Source: Snowella sp. | GTDB taxonomy: Bacteria > Cyanobacteriota > Cyanobacteriia > Cyanobacteriales > Microcystaceae | Length of the DNA: 64,000 nt | Assembly: GCA_035285545.1 (NCBI GenBank) | Contig: JAYKGY010000021.1 | Coordinates: 1 to 64,000 of the forward strand | Direction: 5' to 3' | Part shown: positions 52,366 through 62,750 of the stretch, one piece after another | Layout: each line of letters opens with the position of its first letter | How positions within the stretch are numbered: the stretch's first letter is position 1 | Program-made: the position numbers and the translations under genes | Notes under the pieces: model-generated | The model's input: the letters and a program-made list of their open reading frames with translations, nothing else | The model's database searches: none | Told to the model about the DNA's origin: nothing

Positions 52366-52851
52366 ATGGTTAAGGTTGTCTTGGTTCATCCCCAAATTCC
52401 CCCCAATACAGGTAATATTGCCCGAACCTGTGCCGCTTTAGAAACTGAACTACATCTGGTGGGGCCGCTAGGGTTTGAACTCAGCGATCGCTACTTAAAG
52501 CGAGCCGGACTAGACTATTGGCCTCATGTCAAACTGCACTATCACCTTACGCTAGAAGCCTTTCAGGATTACCATAGAGAACAGGGAGGGCGTTTAGTTG
52601 GGTTTAGTGTTAGAGGAACTCAAAACTATCTATCATACCACTTTGAGGCAGAGGATTGGTTGGTTTTTGGCAGCGAAACCGATGGCTTTCCCCCAGCGTT
52701 CTACTCCACCTGCACGGATTTAGTGTATATTCCGATGCCCCATGCTGAAATTAGAAGCTTGAACCTCTCCGTCAGTGTGGGAATTGGCCTCTTTGAAGCC
52801 TATCGGCAACTCAGTTTTTTTCCGCCAGAAGGGAAGTTAAATCGGGCCTAG
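52366..52851 (+). CDS. trmL: tRNA (cytidine(34)-2'-O)-methyltransferase
   Basis: PQIPPNTGNIARTC, RAGLDYW and RSLNLS. Confidence 0.93.
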   Translation: MVKVVLVHPQIPPNTGNIARTCAALETELHLVGPLGFELSDRYLKRAGLDYWPHVKLHYHLTLEAFQDYHREQGGRLVGFSVRGTQNYLSYHFEAEDWLVFGSETDGFPPAFYSTCTDLVYIPMPHAEIRSLNLSVSVGIGLFEAYRQLSFFPPEGKLNRA

Positions 52852-53555
52852 CTCAGGATTTTTAACCCTATTCAATAAGCCGAGAGAGATTGGAGCCACC
52901 TAATTTATTCTTAATAGAATGGGGTCTATGGATTCATCCCTCTCAACAAAAGATTAATCTTATACTGGTTCTAGAGATTTGAGTTATTGGCGATCGCTAA
53001 ACCCTTGGCAGAGAAGTCACCACAGGATTTTATTTAACAATGATTCGCTTTCTCGATCCTTAAAAATCTGAGTTAAGGATCGAAGCATTGAATAATTAGG
53101 CGGCAAGCTTCCGTATATCTACTGAACTGTTGGGGAGACAAACCAAGGATTGATAAGAAATTCCTATCGTTCTGGCGTGGACAAGCGAGCAAAATCCGAT
53201 AGATTTCTCTCATCGTTGATCCCCCAATTGTTTTCCTTAAATCTTCTGTGTTAACCTTTCCAAGAAGTTCTGCAATTCAGCCAGAAAGCGACTTAGAAAA
53301 GAAACATTATGAAGAAACTTACGTCAACTGCTCAAGCTTACCCACCGTGTTGGGTCGAGTTGCCTTTAGGCGCAAGGAAAGTGGATTACCCTTGTCGAAA
53401 TCTGTAAAGCAGGTTAATCTTGCATAGCAAAACCAATTTGTTTAGTACAAGGTTGAGATAGTGATTCATTTAAACAAAGTTCTTCGTAACTTTTCGGCTG
53501 TCCTCAACAGCAATTAAGCGTTTTACACGCTCGTTCACACACTAGGAGGTTCTTC

Positions 53556-55865
53556 TTGAAAGACGTATTCATGCAGAAGGTCACACAAATTCCCTCATGC
53601 TTAACCGACTCGGCTGAAGCATCATTAAAGCTGTTGGTTAAAGTTTCGGAAAGCTCACTGACCCCAAGTGAGGGATACCGTCGAGTTTGCCATTCGGCCA
53701 AGTTAGTTGGGTTATCCATTGCCATGAGCGCGACAGGCATGGTGTTTTCCCATCAAGCAACTGCCACAACGGGAAACCCTCAAGCAGTTCTTTCTGATCT
53801 CGCAAATAGCCTAGAGGCTTCAGGGTTAAATCCGAATATCTCTGCAACTGAGGCTCCTCAATCTTCACTTCAGGTTCCTACCGCCAAAGTCGAGCCGCAG
53901 CACAAGGAATCATCGCTAAAGGCGAAAAAAGAATTTTCTTCTCAATATGCCGCGATCGCTGCCCCCTCCCAGAGCGCGTCTGAACAGCGTTTAAGTAATT
54001 CCCCCATTATTCAAGTTCCCCCTCTTAATAGCCAGATTGGGGCAAGTATTCCCTCTCTTCAATCCTCATCAGCTATCCCGGCCGTCAGACATTCTAGTCA
54101 ACTCAATTCGGCTTTAGTGCCGGTTCGACCCCATTCTCCGACAGCAAGCCTAAAGTCTACCGGACGTAACACCATTAAGACCGCCAGCAAAATTATTCCC
54201 GTCCCCTTAGCCAACTCCATTCCTGAAGCAAATGCTGTTGCTGATGTCGCTGATGTCAGCCAGCCGCTACAAGTGATTCCGCCCCCAGAGAATACCCTTG
54301 TCTTACCCCGTGTTTCAACCCATACTAATACGGCTAATTCAGACTCGGTTATTCCCAAAAAACCACTAACCGTTGCCGCTGGAAACTTTGAGACCCCTAT
54401 TCCGATTGTTGTCCCTACCCCTGAAACTCAGCAGCAAACTAACGGACTAGAGAGTGAGTTTAAAACACCTATTCCAATTTCGACTAACCCCGAACCAGTT
54501 CCTTTAGCGAAGAAACAAGAAAATACCCCTTCTAGTCAATCTTTAGCCGTTTCTAAATTAGAAGCTATTGGAACTAATACAACTCCCCCTCAAGGCCTGG
54601 CTAAGGTGGATTCACCTATTTTAATCCCCGTGGTTGAAACAGAGACGGCGGCTCTACCCAACTATTCCCAACCCCAGAAAACGTTATCTCCCCTTGCTGT
54701 CAAAGAGCCTGCGATTAATCACGGATCTTCTTCCGATCAAGGGAATACCCAAAACTTAGCTGTTTATACCATCCAGCCTGGAGACACGCTCAATAGTATT
54801 GCTGAGCAATATCATCTCTCTAGTGCAGACCTTATCAAAGCGAATCACTTGAGCGATCCCAATCTGATTCGGGTCAATCAAAACCTTCTGATTCCTGCTA
54901 TCGCCAAAGGCAATTCTGTCAAAGCAGTCGTTTCGCCCCAACTCATTGCTAGCAACACGAGTCATAATAGCTCTTCTGTTTTACCGGCTTCCGTTGAGCT
55001 AGCGGCTCCTAAAATTTCGGCTCCCCTAGTAGAACAACCCGCTAAAACGATTCCAATCGCGGTTGATGCACCATCCTCGACCTATATGGCTCAGTTGAAA
55101 ACTGATGTCGCGAATTTGCAACAAACTTATCGTAGTCCCTCTCCTTCGTTGAGTACTCCTGTTCCCCAGGTTGTACCCGTGGCAAATAATCAAAAGGATT
55201 TAAACGAAGAAATCAATCCCGAATGGGGTCAGCGAGTTGCGCCTAATAGTCAGATTGTGAATAGCTCCGCGCCTAATCGTAGTCTCCCCAGAGCGTATAA
55301 TGCGCCTCAAACGTCTCTTTCTCAATTACAGCAACGGTATCGCCCTGATGGACAATCCGTGGGTGTGAATCCCTCTCAGCAGATTATTGGTTCGGCTCCG
55401 ATTGATGTAGAAGAATACAATGACAGTTTCAATACCCCTGTTGGGCAGGAAGTTAATCCTGCTGCGCCTAATACCTTAACAGAAGGATATATTTGGCCCG
55501 CTAGAGGCGTATTCACTTCGGGTTATGGTCGTCGTTGGGGCAGAATGCATAGAGGCATTGATATTGCAGCCCCCATTGGTACGCCCATTATGGCATCCGC
55601 ATCGGGTGAGGTTATTACGGCTGGCTGGAACTCAGGGGGGTTTGGTAATTTAGTTAAGCTTCGCCATGCCGATGGCTCTGTGACCCTCTATGCCCATAAC
55701 AGTCGTATTTTGGTTCGTACCGGTCAATTCGTTGCTCAGGGCCAACAGATTGCGGAAATGGGTAGTACTGGACGGAGTACTGGGCCTCACCTCCATTTTG
55801 AAATTCGTCCGAATGGAACAACAGCAGTCAATCCCGTTACTCTGTTAGCGAGTAATCGATCCTAA
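53556..55865 (+). CDS. nlpD: LysM/M23 peptidase (NlpD-like)
   Basis: LysM YTIQPGDTL; M23 HRGID, YAHN and TGPHLHFE; long Pro/Ser-rich linker. Confidence 0.88.
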   Translation: MKDVFMQKVTQIPSCLTDSAEASLKLLVKVSESSLTPSEGYRRVCHSAKLVGLSIAMSATGMVFSHQATATTGNPQAVLSDLANSLEASGLNPNISATEAPQSSLQVPTAKVEPQHKESSLKAKKEFSSQYAAIAAPSQSASEQRLSNSPIIQVPPLNSQIGASIPSLQSSSAIPAVRHSSQLNSALVPVRPHSPTASLKSTGRNTIKTASKIIPVPLANSIPEANAVADVADVSQPLQVIPPPENTLVLPRVSTHTNTANSDSVIPKKPLTVAAGNFETPIPIVVPTPETQQQTNGLESEFKTPIPISTNPEPVPLAKKQENTPSSQSLAVSKLEAIGTNTTPPQGLAKVDSPILIPVVETETAALPNYSQPQKTLSPLAVKEPAINHGSSSDQGNTQNLAVYTIQPGDTLNSIAEQYHLSSADLIKANHLSDPNLIRVNQNLLIPAIAKGNSVKAVVSPQLIASNTSHNSSSVLPASVELAAPKISAPLVEQPAKTIPIAVDAPSSTYMAQLKTDVANLQQTYRSPSPSLSTPVPQVVPVANNQKDLNEEINPEWGQRVAPNSQIVNSSAPNRSLPRAYNAPQTSLSQLQQRYRPDGQSVGVNPSQQIIGSAPIDVEEYNDSFNTPVGQEVNPAAPNTLTEGYIWPARGVFTSGYGRRWGRMHRGIDIAAPIGTPIMASASGEVITAGWNSGGFGNLVKLRHADGSVTLYAHNSRILVRTGQFVAQGQQIAEMGSTGRSTGPHLHFEIRPNGTTAVNPVTLLASNRS

Positions 55866-55892
55866 TTTCTAGCTGAATTAGTTAAAAGAGAT

Positions 55893-55922
55893 AAAAGGGA
55901 GTCAACTGGCTTCCTTTTTTTT
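55893..55922 (+). terminator. Intrinsic terminator
   Basis: AAAAGGGAGTCA..TGGCTTCCTTTT followed by a T run. Confidence 0.75.
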
Positions 55923-55980
55923 ATGAGGAAATTAAAAAATTCTTGATTTAGTGTTAATATATAAAACGTGCAAAACGCAA

Positions 55981-56053
55981 GGCTCAGTAGCTCAGTGGTT
56001 AGAGCAGGGGACTCATAAGCCCAAGGTCGCAGGTTCAAATCCCGCCTGAGCCA
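55981..56053 (+). tRNA. trnM: tRNA-Met (CAT), elongator type; CCA not encoded
   Basis: Acceptor stem GGCTCAG/CTGAGCC, anticodon loop CTCATAA and T-loop GGTTCAAATCC. Confidence 0.93.
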
Positions 56054-56248
56054 TTTCTATCATGATTTATAACTCAAACGCGATCGCGATCCATTAAATA
56101 GCAAAAACCAAGCTATTGACGGCATAACTTGAGCCGATTTGGTATTTCCCGACTTTGGCCTCGTAATAAATGCTGAAAGCTCCCCCTGACAATTGACAAG
56201 AGGAGTTACTGGGTTTATTGCGCGATCGCGTTATTTCCACCTTAGAAG

Positions 56249-56653
56249 CTACTGTTCACTGCCACTCGGAATCGCAGGGTCATTCGTTCCCGTCATACTC
56301 GTCCCACCAATTTCCCGTTCTGCAAAATATTGATTGAGGAAAGTGCTGGTAAAAGATAAGACAACAGGAGCCAATAAAAAGCCAATTAATCCCTGAATAG
56401 AAAATCCGGGCACCAAGACAGCCGCTAACCAGAGGCAAATTCCGTTAACAACGAGGGAAAAAGCACCTAAAGTCACAAAATTTAAAGGTAGGGATAAGGT
56501 CGCCAAGACAGGTCGAATCACCGCATTTACAAAACCGATCGCGATCGCAGCAATAATCGCAGCAGGAAAATTAGCCAAATTCACCCCAGGAACAATCATA
56601 TCAACGACTAAAAGACTAAGAGCCGTTACCAAAATAGTCAACAAATAACTCAT
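56249..56653 (-). CDS. YvlD/DUF360 (phage holin superfamily IV-like) membrane protein
   Basis: VNAVIRPVL..SLPLNFVTLGAFSLVVN. Confidence 0.88.
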   Translation of the reverse strand: MSYLLTILVTALSLLVVDMIVPGVNLANFPAAIIAAIAIGFVNAVIRPVLATLSLPLNFVTLGAFSLVVNGICLWLAAVLVPGFSIQGLIGFLLAPVVLSFTSTFLNQYFAEREIGGTSMTGTNDPAIPSGSEQ

Positions 56654-56717
56654 TATTATTTTCTCCGATTTTTATTAAACAACTTTGTAAATACACTGGA
56701 ATAGTAGGGAAAGTCTT

Positions 56718-56900
56718 TTATTGATTAGCGGTGCCTCCTTCGTAATATTTACTAATCGCCCAAAGCGCATGAATACTGCCTGGTATCCAACCTAAAATCG
56801 TGAGTCCTAAGTTAATTAAAAAAGTTGGCCCAAAACCATAGGTTAGAAAAATGCCGAGGGGGGGAATGAGAATTCCTAACAAAATTTGTGTAAGTTTCAT
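56718..56900 (-). CDS. YqaE/Pmp3 family proteolipid
   Basis: ILIPPLG..INLGLTILGWIPGSIHALW. Confidence 0.9.
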   Translation of the reverse strand: MKLTQILLGILIPPLGIFLTYGFGPTFLINLGLTILGWIPGSIHALWAISKYYEGGTANQ

Positions 56901-56974
56901 TGCAATAATCCTAATAAGATTGATTCAATTTTTGGGAATAGTAACCTGTTAAAAATCAAAAAAGCTAAGGGTGG

Positions 56975-57745
56975 CTAGGTTTTAGTTTTAACATCCGTTT
57001 TTTTACTATCCCAAAGCTCATGTAAACGCTCTTTCACTTCATTTTCTTTTTGTGCCACTTTGGAAGCAAATTCCGTCAATTTAGTTTCTACTTGGGTTTG
57101 CTTTTCCTGAACAGGCGTGACCTTTTTATTTTCACTTTCTGTCCTAGTTGTTTGATACCAGGTTTTAGCCTCTTCTAAATGGCGTTTAATCTCAGCATAG
57201 CGATCGCCGTATCGTTCCTGTAATTGCTGATCAAGGGATTCAAGTTGTCGTCTGAGGTTGATATATTGTCCTTGAAGGACACTCCCCTGTTGCTTGGCTT
57301 GTACTGAATCAACCGCTTGATCAATCTCGGATTTGAGGGCAGTCGGTTCACCGGCTTCCGATGCTTTAATATCAATCAGAACCCCATCAATTTCTTGATC
57401 CAATAGTTGCTGTTGTTCATTAACTTTGGCTTGAAGTTTTTCGAGTTTAGCCTGACGCTTGGCGATCGCATCCTGACGGTGTTGCATTAATCCTTCAATT
57501 GCCCCTTCCACCGAAGCTGTAATTTCTTCCTGGGCTGCCTTTCCTGTCTGTTGAAGATGGTCAACAACCGCCCTGACCAACTCCTTAACGATCAGCCCGA
57601 TTTCCCCACTGCCCTCTTTAACTTCAGCCGTCGTTTGAGAAACAGCATCTTTGACAATTTCCCGAATATGCTCGACCCTTTCCTTCCCTTCTGATTTAGC
57701 CTTTTCTAAATTATTAATCACCCTTTTTTGAACAGAATTAGACAT
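56975..57745 (-). CDS. Hypothetical charged helical/coiled-coil protein
   Basis: 256-aa E/K/Q-rich ORF leading the Pmp3/YvlD cluster. Confidence 0.75.
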   Translation of the reverse strand: MSNSVQKRVINNLEKAKSEGKERVEHIREIVKDAVSQTTAEVKEGSGEIGLIVKELVRAVVDHLQQTGKAAQEEITASVEGAIEGLMQHRQDAIAKRQAKLEKLQAKVNEQQQLLDQEIDGVLIDIKASEAGEPTALKSEIDQAVDSVQAKQQGSVLQGQYINLRRQLESLDQQLQERYGDRYAEIKRHLEEAKTWYQTTRTESENKKVTPVQEKQTQVETKLTEFASKVAQKENEVKERLHELWDSKKTDVKTKT

Positions 57746-58037
57746 GGTTGACTCCTGACCAATGCTAAAAAAAGCCCAACCCGACTGAAGAATAATCTTG
57801 GAAAAAATTAACCCGAAAAATTGAGTAATTCTTCGTGAATACGGTTAATTCAGAATCTCTTAAGCCATTGGTTGCTACTTTTTAAATGATTTATAAAGGT
57901 TTATCACCTAGTGCGATCTTAGAAAAAAAGTTATCTAATCCGTCAGTACCTTGGGAATAGTTTTTTGTCTAATCAAACTTCAATCGGTCATTTCTCCTTA
58001 ATCGCAAAATCCTAATGAACAAAACGAATTGAAAAAG

Positions 58038-58889
58038 CTAGCCAAACGCTTTTTTCTGAGCCACATGAAAAGCGGATAAATAGGTAAGATCTAAGCGATC
58101 GCTGCCCGTTTGTAATAACTTAATCGCTAATTCTGAAAATAGTTGCCTGCGAGTTTCCGGCTCTAGAGCAATGTAGGGAGACAGGGTACTTAACAACGCC
58201 AGATAATCCGCGATCGTATAAACCAAGGGATAGGCTTTGCAGTCACAAGATAGGCTGTCAAAATAACCAGACCCTAAAATTTCTTGACCGAAGTATTGAA
58301 AATTGCTCTGTTGATTTTCTAAGGTTTCATAACGGGCAGGGATTGGCATTGTTGGCACTAGGGCTTGATAAATAGGTTCTAGCGGTTGATATTGCTCGTA
58401 ACTGAGTTGGGGCGGCGTGTTCCAGAGTAAAATCAAGTGACCCTGCTCGTTTAACACCTCATAGGTTTTAGGATAGGCAATTTCTGATCTAATCCAATGC
58501 CAAGAGGTTGTCGCTATCACCGCATCAAAGCTTTCCCTTTCTCCGTCCCATTCTTCAAAGGTGGTATTAATAACCGTCACGTTAGGATACTCGACACAAT
58601 GCTGTTTTGCTAGGTTAGCGGCTTCTAAGTTGGGTTCTAGGCTGACCAGAGAAAAACCGAGTTGAGCCAAAGGAACCGTCGCAATCCCTGGCCCACAGCC
58701 TAATTCTAAAATTTTGGCAGAAGACTTGAGTTGGGATAATTCGATGACACGGTTGAGGATTTCCTGGGGATAACGGGGTCTGACGCGATAATAATCTTCT
58801 GCAACATTGCCATACCAAGTTTTCCGTTCTGCTAACTCCTTATTACTGTAATTTTTGATCCATTCTATCCAAGCATTGGTTTTACTCAT
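58038..58889 (-). CDS. Class I SAM-dependent methyltransferase
   Basis: YYRVRPRYP, ILELGCGPG and FDAV..TSWHW. Confidence 0.9.
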   Translation of the reverse strand: MSKTNAWIEWIKNYSNKELAERKTWYGNVAEDYYRVRPRYPQEILNRVIELSQLKSSAKILELGCGPGIATVPLAQLGFSLVSLEPNLEAANLAKQHCVEYPNVTVINTTFEEWDGERESFDAVIATTSWHWIRSEIAYPKTYEVLNEQGHLILLWNTPPQLSYEQYQPLEPIYQALVPTMPIPARYETLENQQSNFQYFGQEILGSGYFDSLSCDCKAYPLVYTIADYLALLSTLSPYIALEPETRRQLFSELAIKLLQTGSDRLDLTYLSAFHVAQKKAFG

Positions 58890-58981
58890 TGGTTCTTTAT
58901 CCCCAGTTATGATTTTTCACTCAAATTATTGAAAACTAGCTATTATCCAAAAATCATCTTAAATTGTAGACTTTGCCTGAT

Positions 58982-59932
58982 CTAACGCAACAATAAAACT
59001 GACTTTACTGATCGCACCACAGGTTCACCCTTTTCTGTCACTTTCCCAAATACCATTTTTCCGTCGTAATACATCCCCGAAGAACTTCCCCCATCTAAAT
59101 TTAAAGCCTCTTCCACTCCCTGCGATCGCATAAAATCCGCCAACTCAGGCAAAGATAAACCCGAATTTTTGGGAGCATCAGGTCTTTGAGCCGCCATTAC
59201 CCATAGAAGATCCCCTGAAGCCGTTATTCCAATGGCTGTCCGAGCATTGCGTTGTTTGAAACCAATGGCATCACGTACCACTTTTCCTTGCGTTACCTGC
59301 CAAAATCCTTCTTCCGTTGCGGTCATATCGGGTAATAATCTGGGCCCGCCGCCGATAGCATCCATTAACTGGCAATCACGAGGAATCGGCGCATTATGAA
59401 CAGTGATAGCATAACGAGTTAAATTCCCGCATTGATAGCGTCTCAATTCACTGCGGTTAAAAATTTGGGGTAAATAGGGAGTCAGTTTAGGATTTTCGAT
59501 TAAACGTTCATTTTGTTTGGGATCACCTGTTAATTTTCCTTGTTCAGTAATATAGGCCGTTGTCTTTTGGTTCTGAGCATCAAAAAAGCCCGCATTCATG
59601 GCCGCGATCGCCGAATATTTTTTCGCAAAGTCAGAAACCGTCATCAGTTGAGCAGAGGAAACAACAGTAACTTGATATTTTCCTTGGGCTGGAATTTTTA
59701 ACGTATAAACCGTACTGTGGGGTAGGGAATGAACCTGATATTGGGGTAAAAGCTCAGGCGTGGGTTGAACAGCAGAAATACGGGTCGGGCGCGATCGCGT
59801 CATTAGACAACTGCTTAAGCCAATACTGATTAATAGGAATCCGCTCAGACGAATGAGATATTTGAATCGTTTATTGTGAAAGCCTAACCCTATTACCCCC
59901 CCAGGGGATTGCAAAAGATTAAAAAACATCAT
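58982..59932 (-). CDS. Phosphodiester glycosidase (NAGPA/DUF2233) family lipoprotein
   Basis: NAGFF, GGGPRL, ARTAIG and ALNLDGGSS. Confidence 0.88.
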   Translation of the reverse strand: MMFFNLLQSPGGVIGLGFHNKRFKYLIRLSGFLLISIGLSSCLMTRSRPTRISAVQPTPELLPQYQVHSLPHSTVYTLKIPAQGKYQVTVVSSAQLMTVSDFAKKYSAIAAMNAGFFDAQNQKTTAYITEQGKLTGDPKQNERLIENPKLTPYLPQIFNRSELRRYQCGNLTRYAITVHNAPIPRDCQLMDAIGGGPRLLPDMTATEEGFWQVTQGKVVRDAIGFKQRNARTAIGITASGDLLWVMAAQRPDAPKNSGLSLPELADFMRSQGVEEALNLDGGSSSGMYYDGKMVFGKVTEKGEPVVRSVKSVLLLR

Positions 59933-60096
59933 TAACTGTTGTTAGTTGCAGATTATTCATTAAATCCGTTACTCTTGACTTCTCAAATTAACAGAAAATG
60001 TCAGGCTTTATTAATACGAATTTTGAGATTGAATCAATCCTAACGAATGAGAACCGCAATCTTAGTTTTAAAGCTGCCTGAATCTTTCCTCTAACC

Positions 60097-60792
60097 ATGA
60101 CCCTATTTGTTTTATCTCATTATCTTGCACTACATATTCCCGATGGTTTCCTGAATTTCCCCGTAAGTTTGGTTACTTGGGCATTTTCTTTGGTTCTCAT
60201 CGCTTTCTCCCTCAAACGGGCCGAAACAGAATACCAAGAGCGAACCGTTCCCTTGATGGGCGTGTGTGCAGCGTTTATCTTTGCGGCTCAAATGATTAAT
60301 TTTCCCATTCCTGGGGGAACGTCAGGCCACTTGTTAGGGGGAACTTTAGCAGGGATTTTACTCGGCCCTTGGGCTGGCTCACTGGTGATGATGGTCGTGT
60401 TTATTGTGCAAGCGGTCTTATTTCAAGATGGCGGACTGACAGCACTGGGGGCCAATATTTTCAATATGGGATTAATCGGAACCTTTGGCGGTTACTACCT
60501 CTATCGGGCTATTCGTTCTCTGTTTGGTTTTTCTACTTGGCGGGGAATGGCGATGGGAACTGCGATCGCGGCTTGGTCTAGTGTGGTAGCCGCAGCCTTG
60601 GTCTGTTCAATTCAATTAGCGTTATCCAATACTGTTCCCTTAAAAGTCGCCTTAGTCGCTATGCTTTCTTGGCATTTCATTATTGGGATAGGAGAAGCTT
60701 TAATTACCTTAGTGACAGTGAACTATATCTGGCAGAATCGCCCCGATCTTCTCTACGATCCGCCCAAGCCTAAAACGGTTTTAGAGCATTAA
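60097..60792 (+). CDS. cbiM: Co/Ni ECF transporter S component
   Basis: HIPDGFL, GTSGHLLG and DGGLTALGAN. Confidence 0.92.
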   Translation: MTLFVLSHYLALHIPDGFLNFPVSLVTWAFSLVLIAFSLKRAETEYQERTVPLMGVCAAFIFAAQMINFPIPGGTSGHLLGGTLAGILLGPWAGSLVMMVVFIVQAVLFQDGGLTALGANIFNMGLIGTFGGYYLYRAIRSLFGFSTWRGMAMGTAIAAWSSVVAAALVCSIQLALSNTVPLKVALVAMLSWHFIIGIGEALITLVTVNYIWQNRPDLLYDPPKPKTVLEH

Positions 60793-60818
60793 TCATCGTT
60801 GTGAACGTTTGAATTGTT

Positions 60819-61151
60819 ATGAATAAATTTTCTGCTAATAAAAATAAAGCTTTACTGATAATGGGATTGGGATCGGCGATCGCGGTTGCAGCTTTCCTTT
60901 CTCCTTTTGCCAGTAGTAATCCAGATGGGCTGGATCGGGTTGCCCAAGACTATCAATTTGATCAAAAAGCTGACGAAAATCCTTTATCCCATAAACTCCC
61001 GTTTCATCAGGTATTTGATGAATATGCGATGCGGGGTGTTCCTAGCTCTGTTGCCACTCCCCTCGCAGGACTTGTCGGGACATTAGTAACCTTTGGCTTG
61101 ACCTGGGGTTTAGGGAAGGTTTTGGTCAAAAAATCCGATTCAACCCATTAG
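60819..61151 (+). CDS. PDGLE domain accessory subunit (CbiN/NikN-like)
   Basis: ASSNPDGLD. Confidence 0.88.
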   Translation: MNKFSANKNKALLIMGLGSAIAVAAFLSPFASSNPDGLDRVAQDYQFDQKADENPLSHKLPFHQVFDEYAMRGVPSSVATPLAGLVGTLVTFGLTWGLGKVLVKKSDSTH

Positions 61152-61178
61152 CAGCTTTTAACCTTCAATTTAAACGCA

Positions 61179-61961
61179 ATGTTGTTGCATATCGGCACTT
61201 TCCAACTCGATCAGGATAGTCATCACCTTACCCTTTGGCATCGTTTAGCTCCTCAAATTCGTTTACTTTGCGCTTTATTATTTGTCTTTTTTACGTCCTT
61301 TACACCCAATGGTCACTGGGAAACTTGGAAAATTTACGGTTTAGGGCTGATATTGCTCATTTTAGCCAGTAAAGTGTCTTTATCGGTTCTTTTGCAACGA
61401 GTTGCCATTGAATCGGCTTTTATTGGGGTAGTGCTGTTAGGAACGCTCTTTCGGGATGGGGGAGAAATTTTGTGGCAATGGGGTTGGTTCCGAATCACAA
61501 CGGAGGGGGTAACGGTTTTAGGAAGTGTTAGTTTTAAAGCGATTCTTTGCCTATTGATGTTAAATCTATTGGTGCTAACTACTCCCATTACGCAATTATT
61601 ATCTGCTTTGACGATTCTTAAAACGCCTCCCTTGTTAGTGGCAATTTTAAGTTCGATGTATCGTTATCTGGGCTTGCTCATTGAAGAAGCCGAAACCATG
61701 CGACGGGCCGCTTTATCCCGTAATTTAATGAATAATGCCCAATGGCAGCGATTAATTATTGGTAATACCATTGGTTTGCTGTTTATTCGTACCTATCAAC
61801 GGGGTGAACGGGTTTATCAGGCGATGTTGGCAAGAGGTTATCAAGGTGTGCCCATGATTACGCAAAGTCCAACCTTAGCTCCTCGTGATTGGCTAGCGTT
61901 AAGCTTAATGGTTGCTCTTCTGCTTTTGGGACAAGGGATTTACCTGTTGTTTGAAAATTAA
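61179..61961 (+). CDS. cbiQ: Co/Ni ECF transporter T component
   Basis: MYRYL..LFIRTYQRGERVYQAMLARGY. Confidence 0.9.
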   Translation: MLLHIGTFQLDQDSHHLTLWHRLAPQIRLLCALLFVFFTSFTPNGHWETWKIYGLGLILLILASKVSLSVLLQRVAIESAFIGVVLLGTLFRDGGEILWQWGWFRITTEGVTVLGSVSFKAILCLLMLNLLVLTTPITQLLSALTILKTPPLLVAILSSMYRYLGLLIEEAETMRRAALSRNLMNNAQWQRLIIGNTIGLLFIRTYQRGERVYQAMLARGYQGVPMITQSPTLAPRDWLALSLMVALLLLGQGIYLLFEN

Positions 61962-62750
61962 ATGCACCACAATTCTGTTTTAATTGAAAACTTGAGTTTT
62001 ACCTATAGTGACGGTACAAAAGCTTTAACAGGAATTCATTTAGCCATTGAAGCCACTGAACGAGTCGCGATCGTCGGAGCCAATGGATCAGGAAAATCTA
62101 CTCTACTCCTGCACTTAAATGGGTTAATTTTGCCCCAAATCGGCAGAGTCGTCATCGGACAGCAGGAGATCACCCCTAAAAATTTGCAATGGATTCGCAA
62201 TAATATGGGGCTGGTTTTCCAAAATCCTGATGATCAGATCTTTATGCCGACGGTTTGGGAAGATCTACAATTTGGCCCCAAAAATCAAGGATTGAACGAG
62301 GAAGTGATTCAAAAACGCTGCCAGCAAGCCCTCCAAGCCGTTGGTTTAGATCCCCATCTCTATTCCTCTCGTAATGCCCATCATTTATCGGGTGGTGAAA
62401 AAAAACGGGTCGCGATCGCGGGAGTCTTGGCCATGCAACCCCAAATTTTAGCTCTCGATGAACCGTCTGCCCAACTCGATCCCCGCAGCCGTCGTCAATT
62501 GATCGACTTATTACGACCCCTACCCCTTACCTATCTCATTGCGACCCACGATTTAGATTTGGCGTTAGAACTCTGCGATCGCATTATTGTTCTCAGTCAA
62601 GGACAAGTGGTGAGAGATGGCCCAACGGAGGAAATTTTGAGCGATTCGGAGACCCTAGAGCAATATCACCTTGAATCTCCCTTGAGCTACAGCCGTCCCT
62701 ATTGTTTACTGCAAGATCAGCCCTATCCCCAAATTTCCCGTAAACAATGA
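61962..62750 (+). CDS. cbiO: Co/Ni ECF transporter ATPase
   Basis: GANGSGKST, FQNPDDQ and LSGGEKKR. Confidence 0.92.
   Translation: MHHNSVLIENLSFTYSDGTKALTGIHLAIEATERVAIVGANGSGKSTLLLHLNGLILPQIGRVVIGQQEITPKNLQWIRNNMGLVFQNPDDQIFMPTVWEDLQFGPKNQGLNEEVIQKRCQQALQAVGLDPHLYSSRNAHHLSGGEKKRVAIAGVLAMQPQILALDEPSAQLDPRSRRQLIDLLRPLPLTYLIATHDLDLALELCDRIIVLSQGQVVRDGPTEEILSDSETLEQYHLESPLSYSRPYCLLQDQPYPQISRKQ

Noticed and set aside
56054..57745. Prophage or integrative element at tRNA-Met, suggested by the holin-like gene
   Set aside because: No integrase, no phage genes and no duplicated tRNA 3' end seen; YvlD-type proteins are common chromosomal genes.
62723..62750. 28-bp convergent overlap of cbiO and the GT-B gene
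   Set aside because: Short tail-to-tail overlaps are ordinary.
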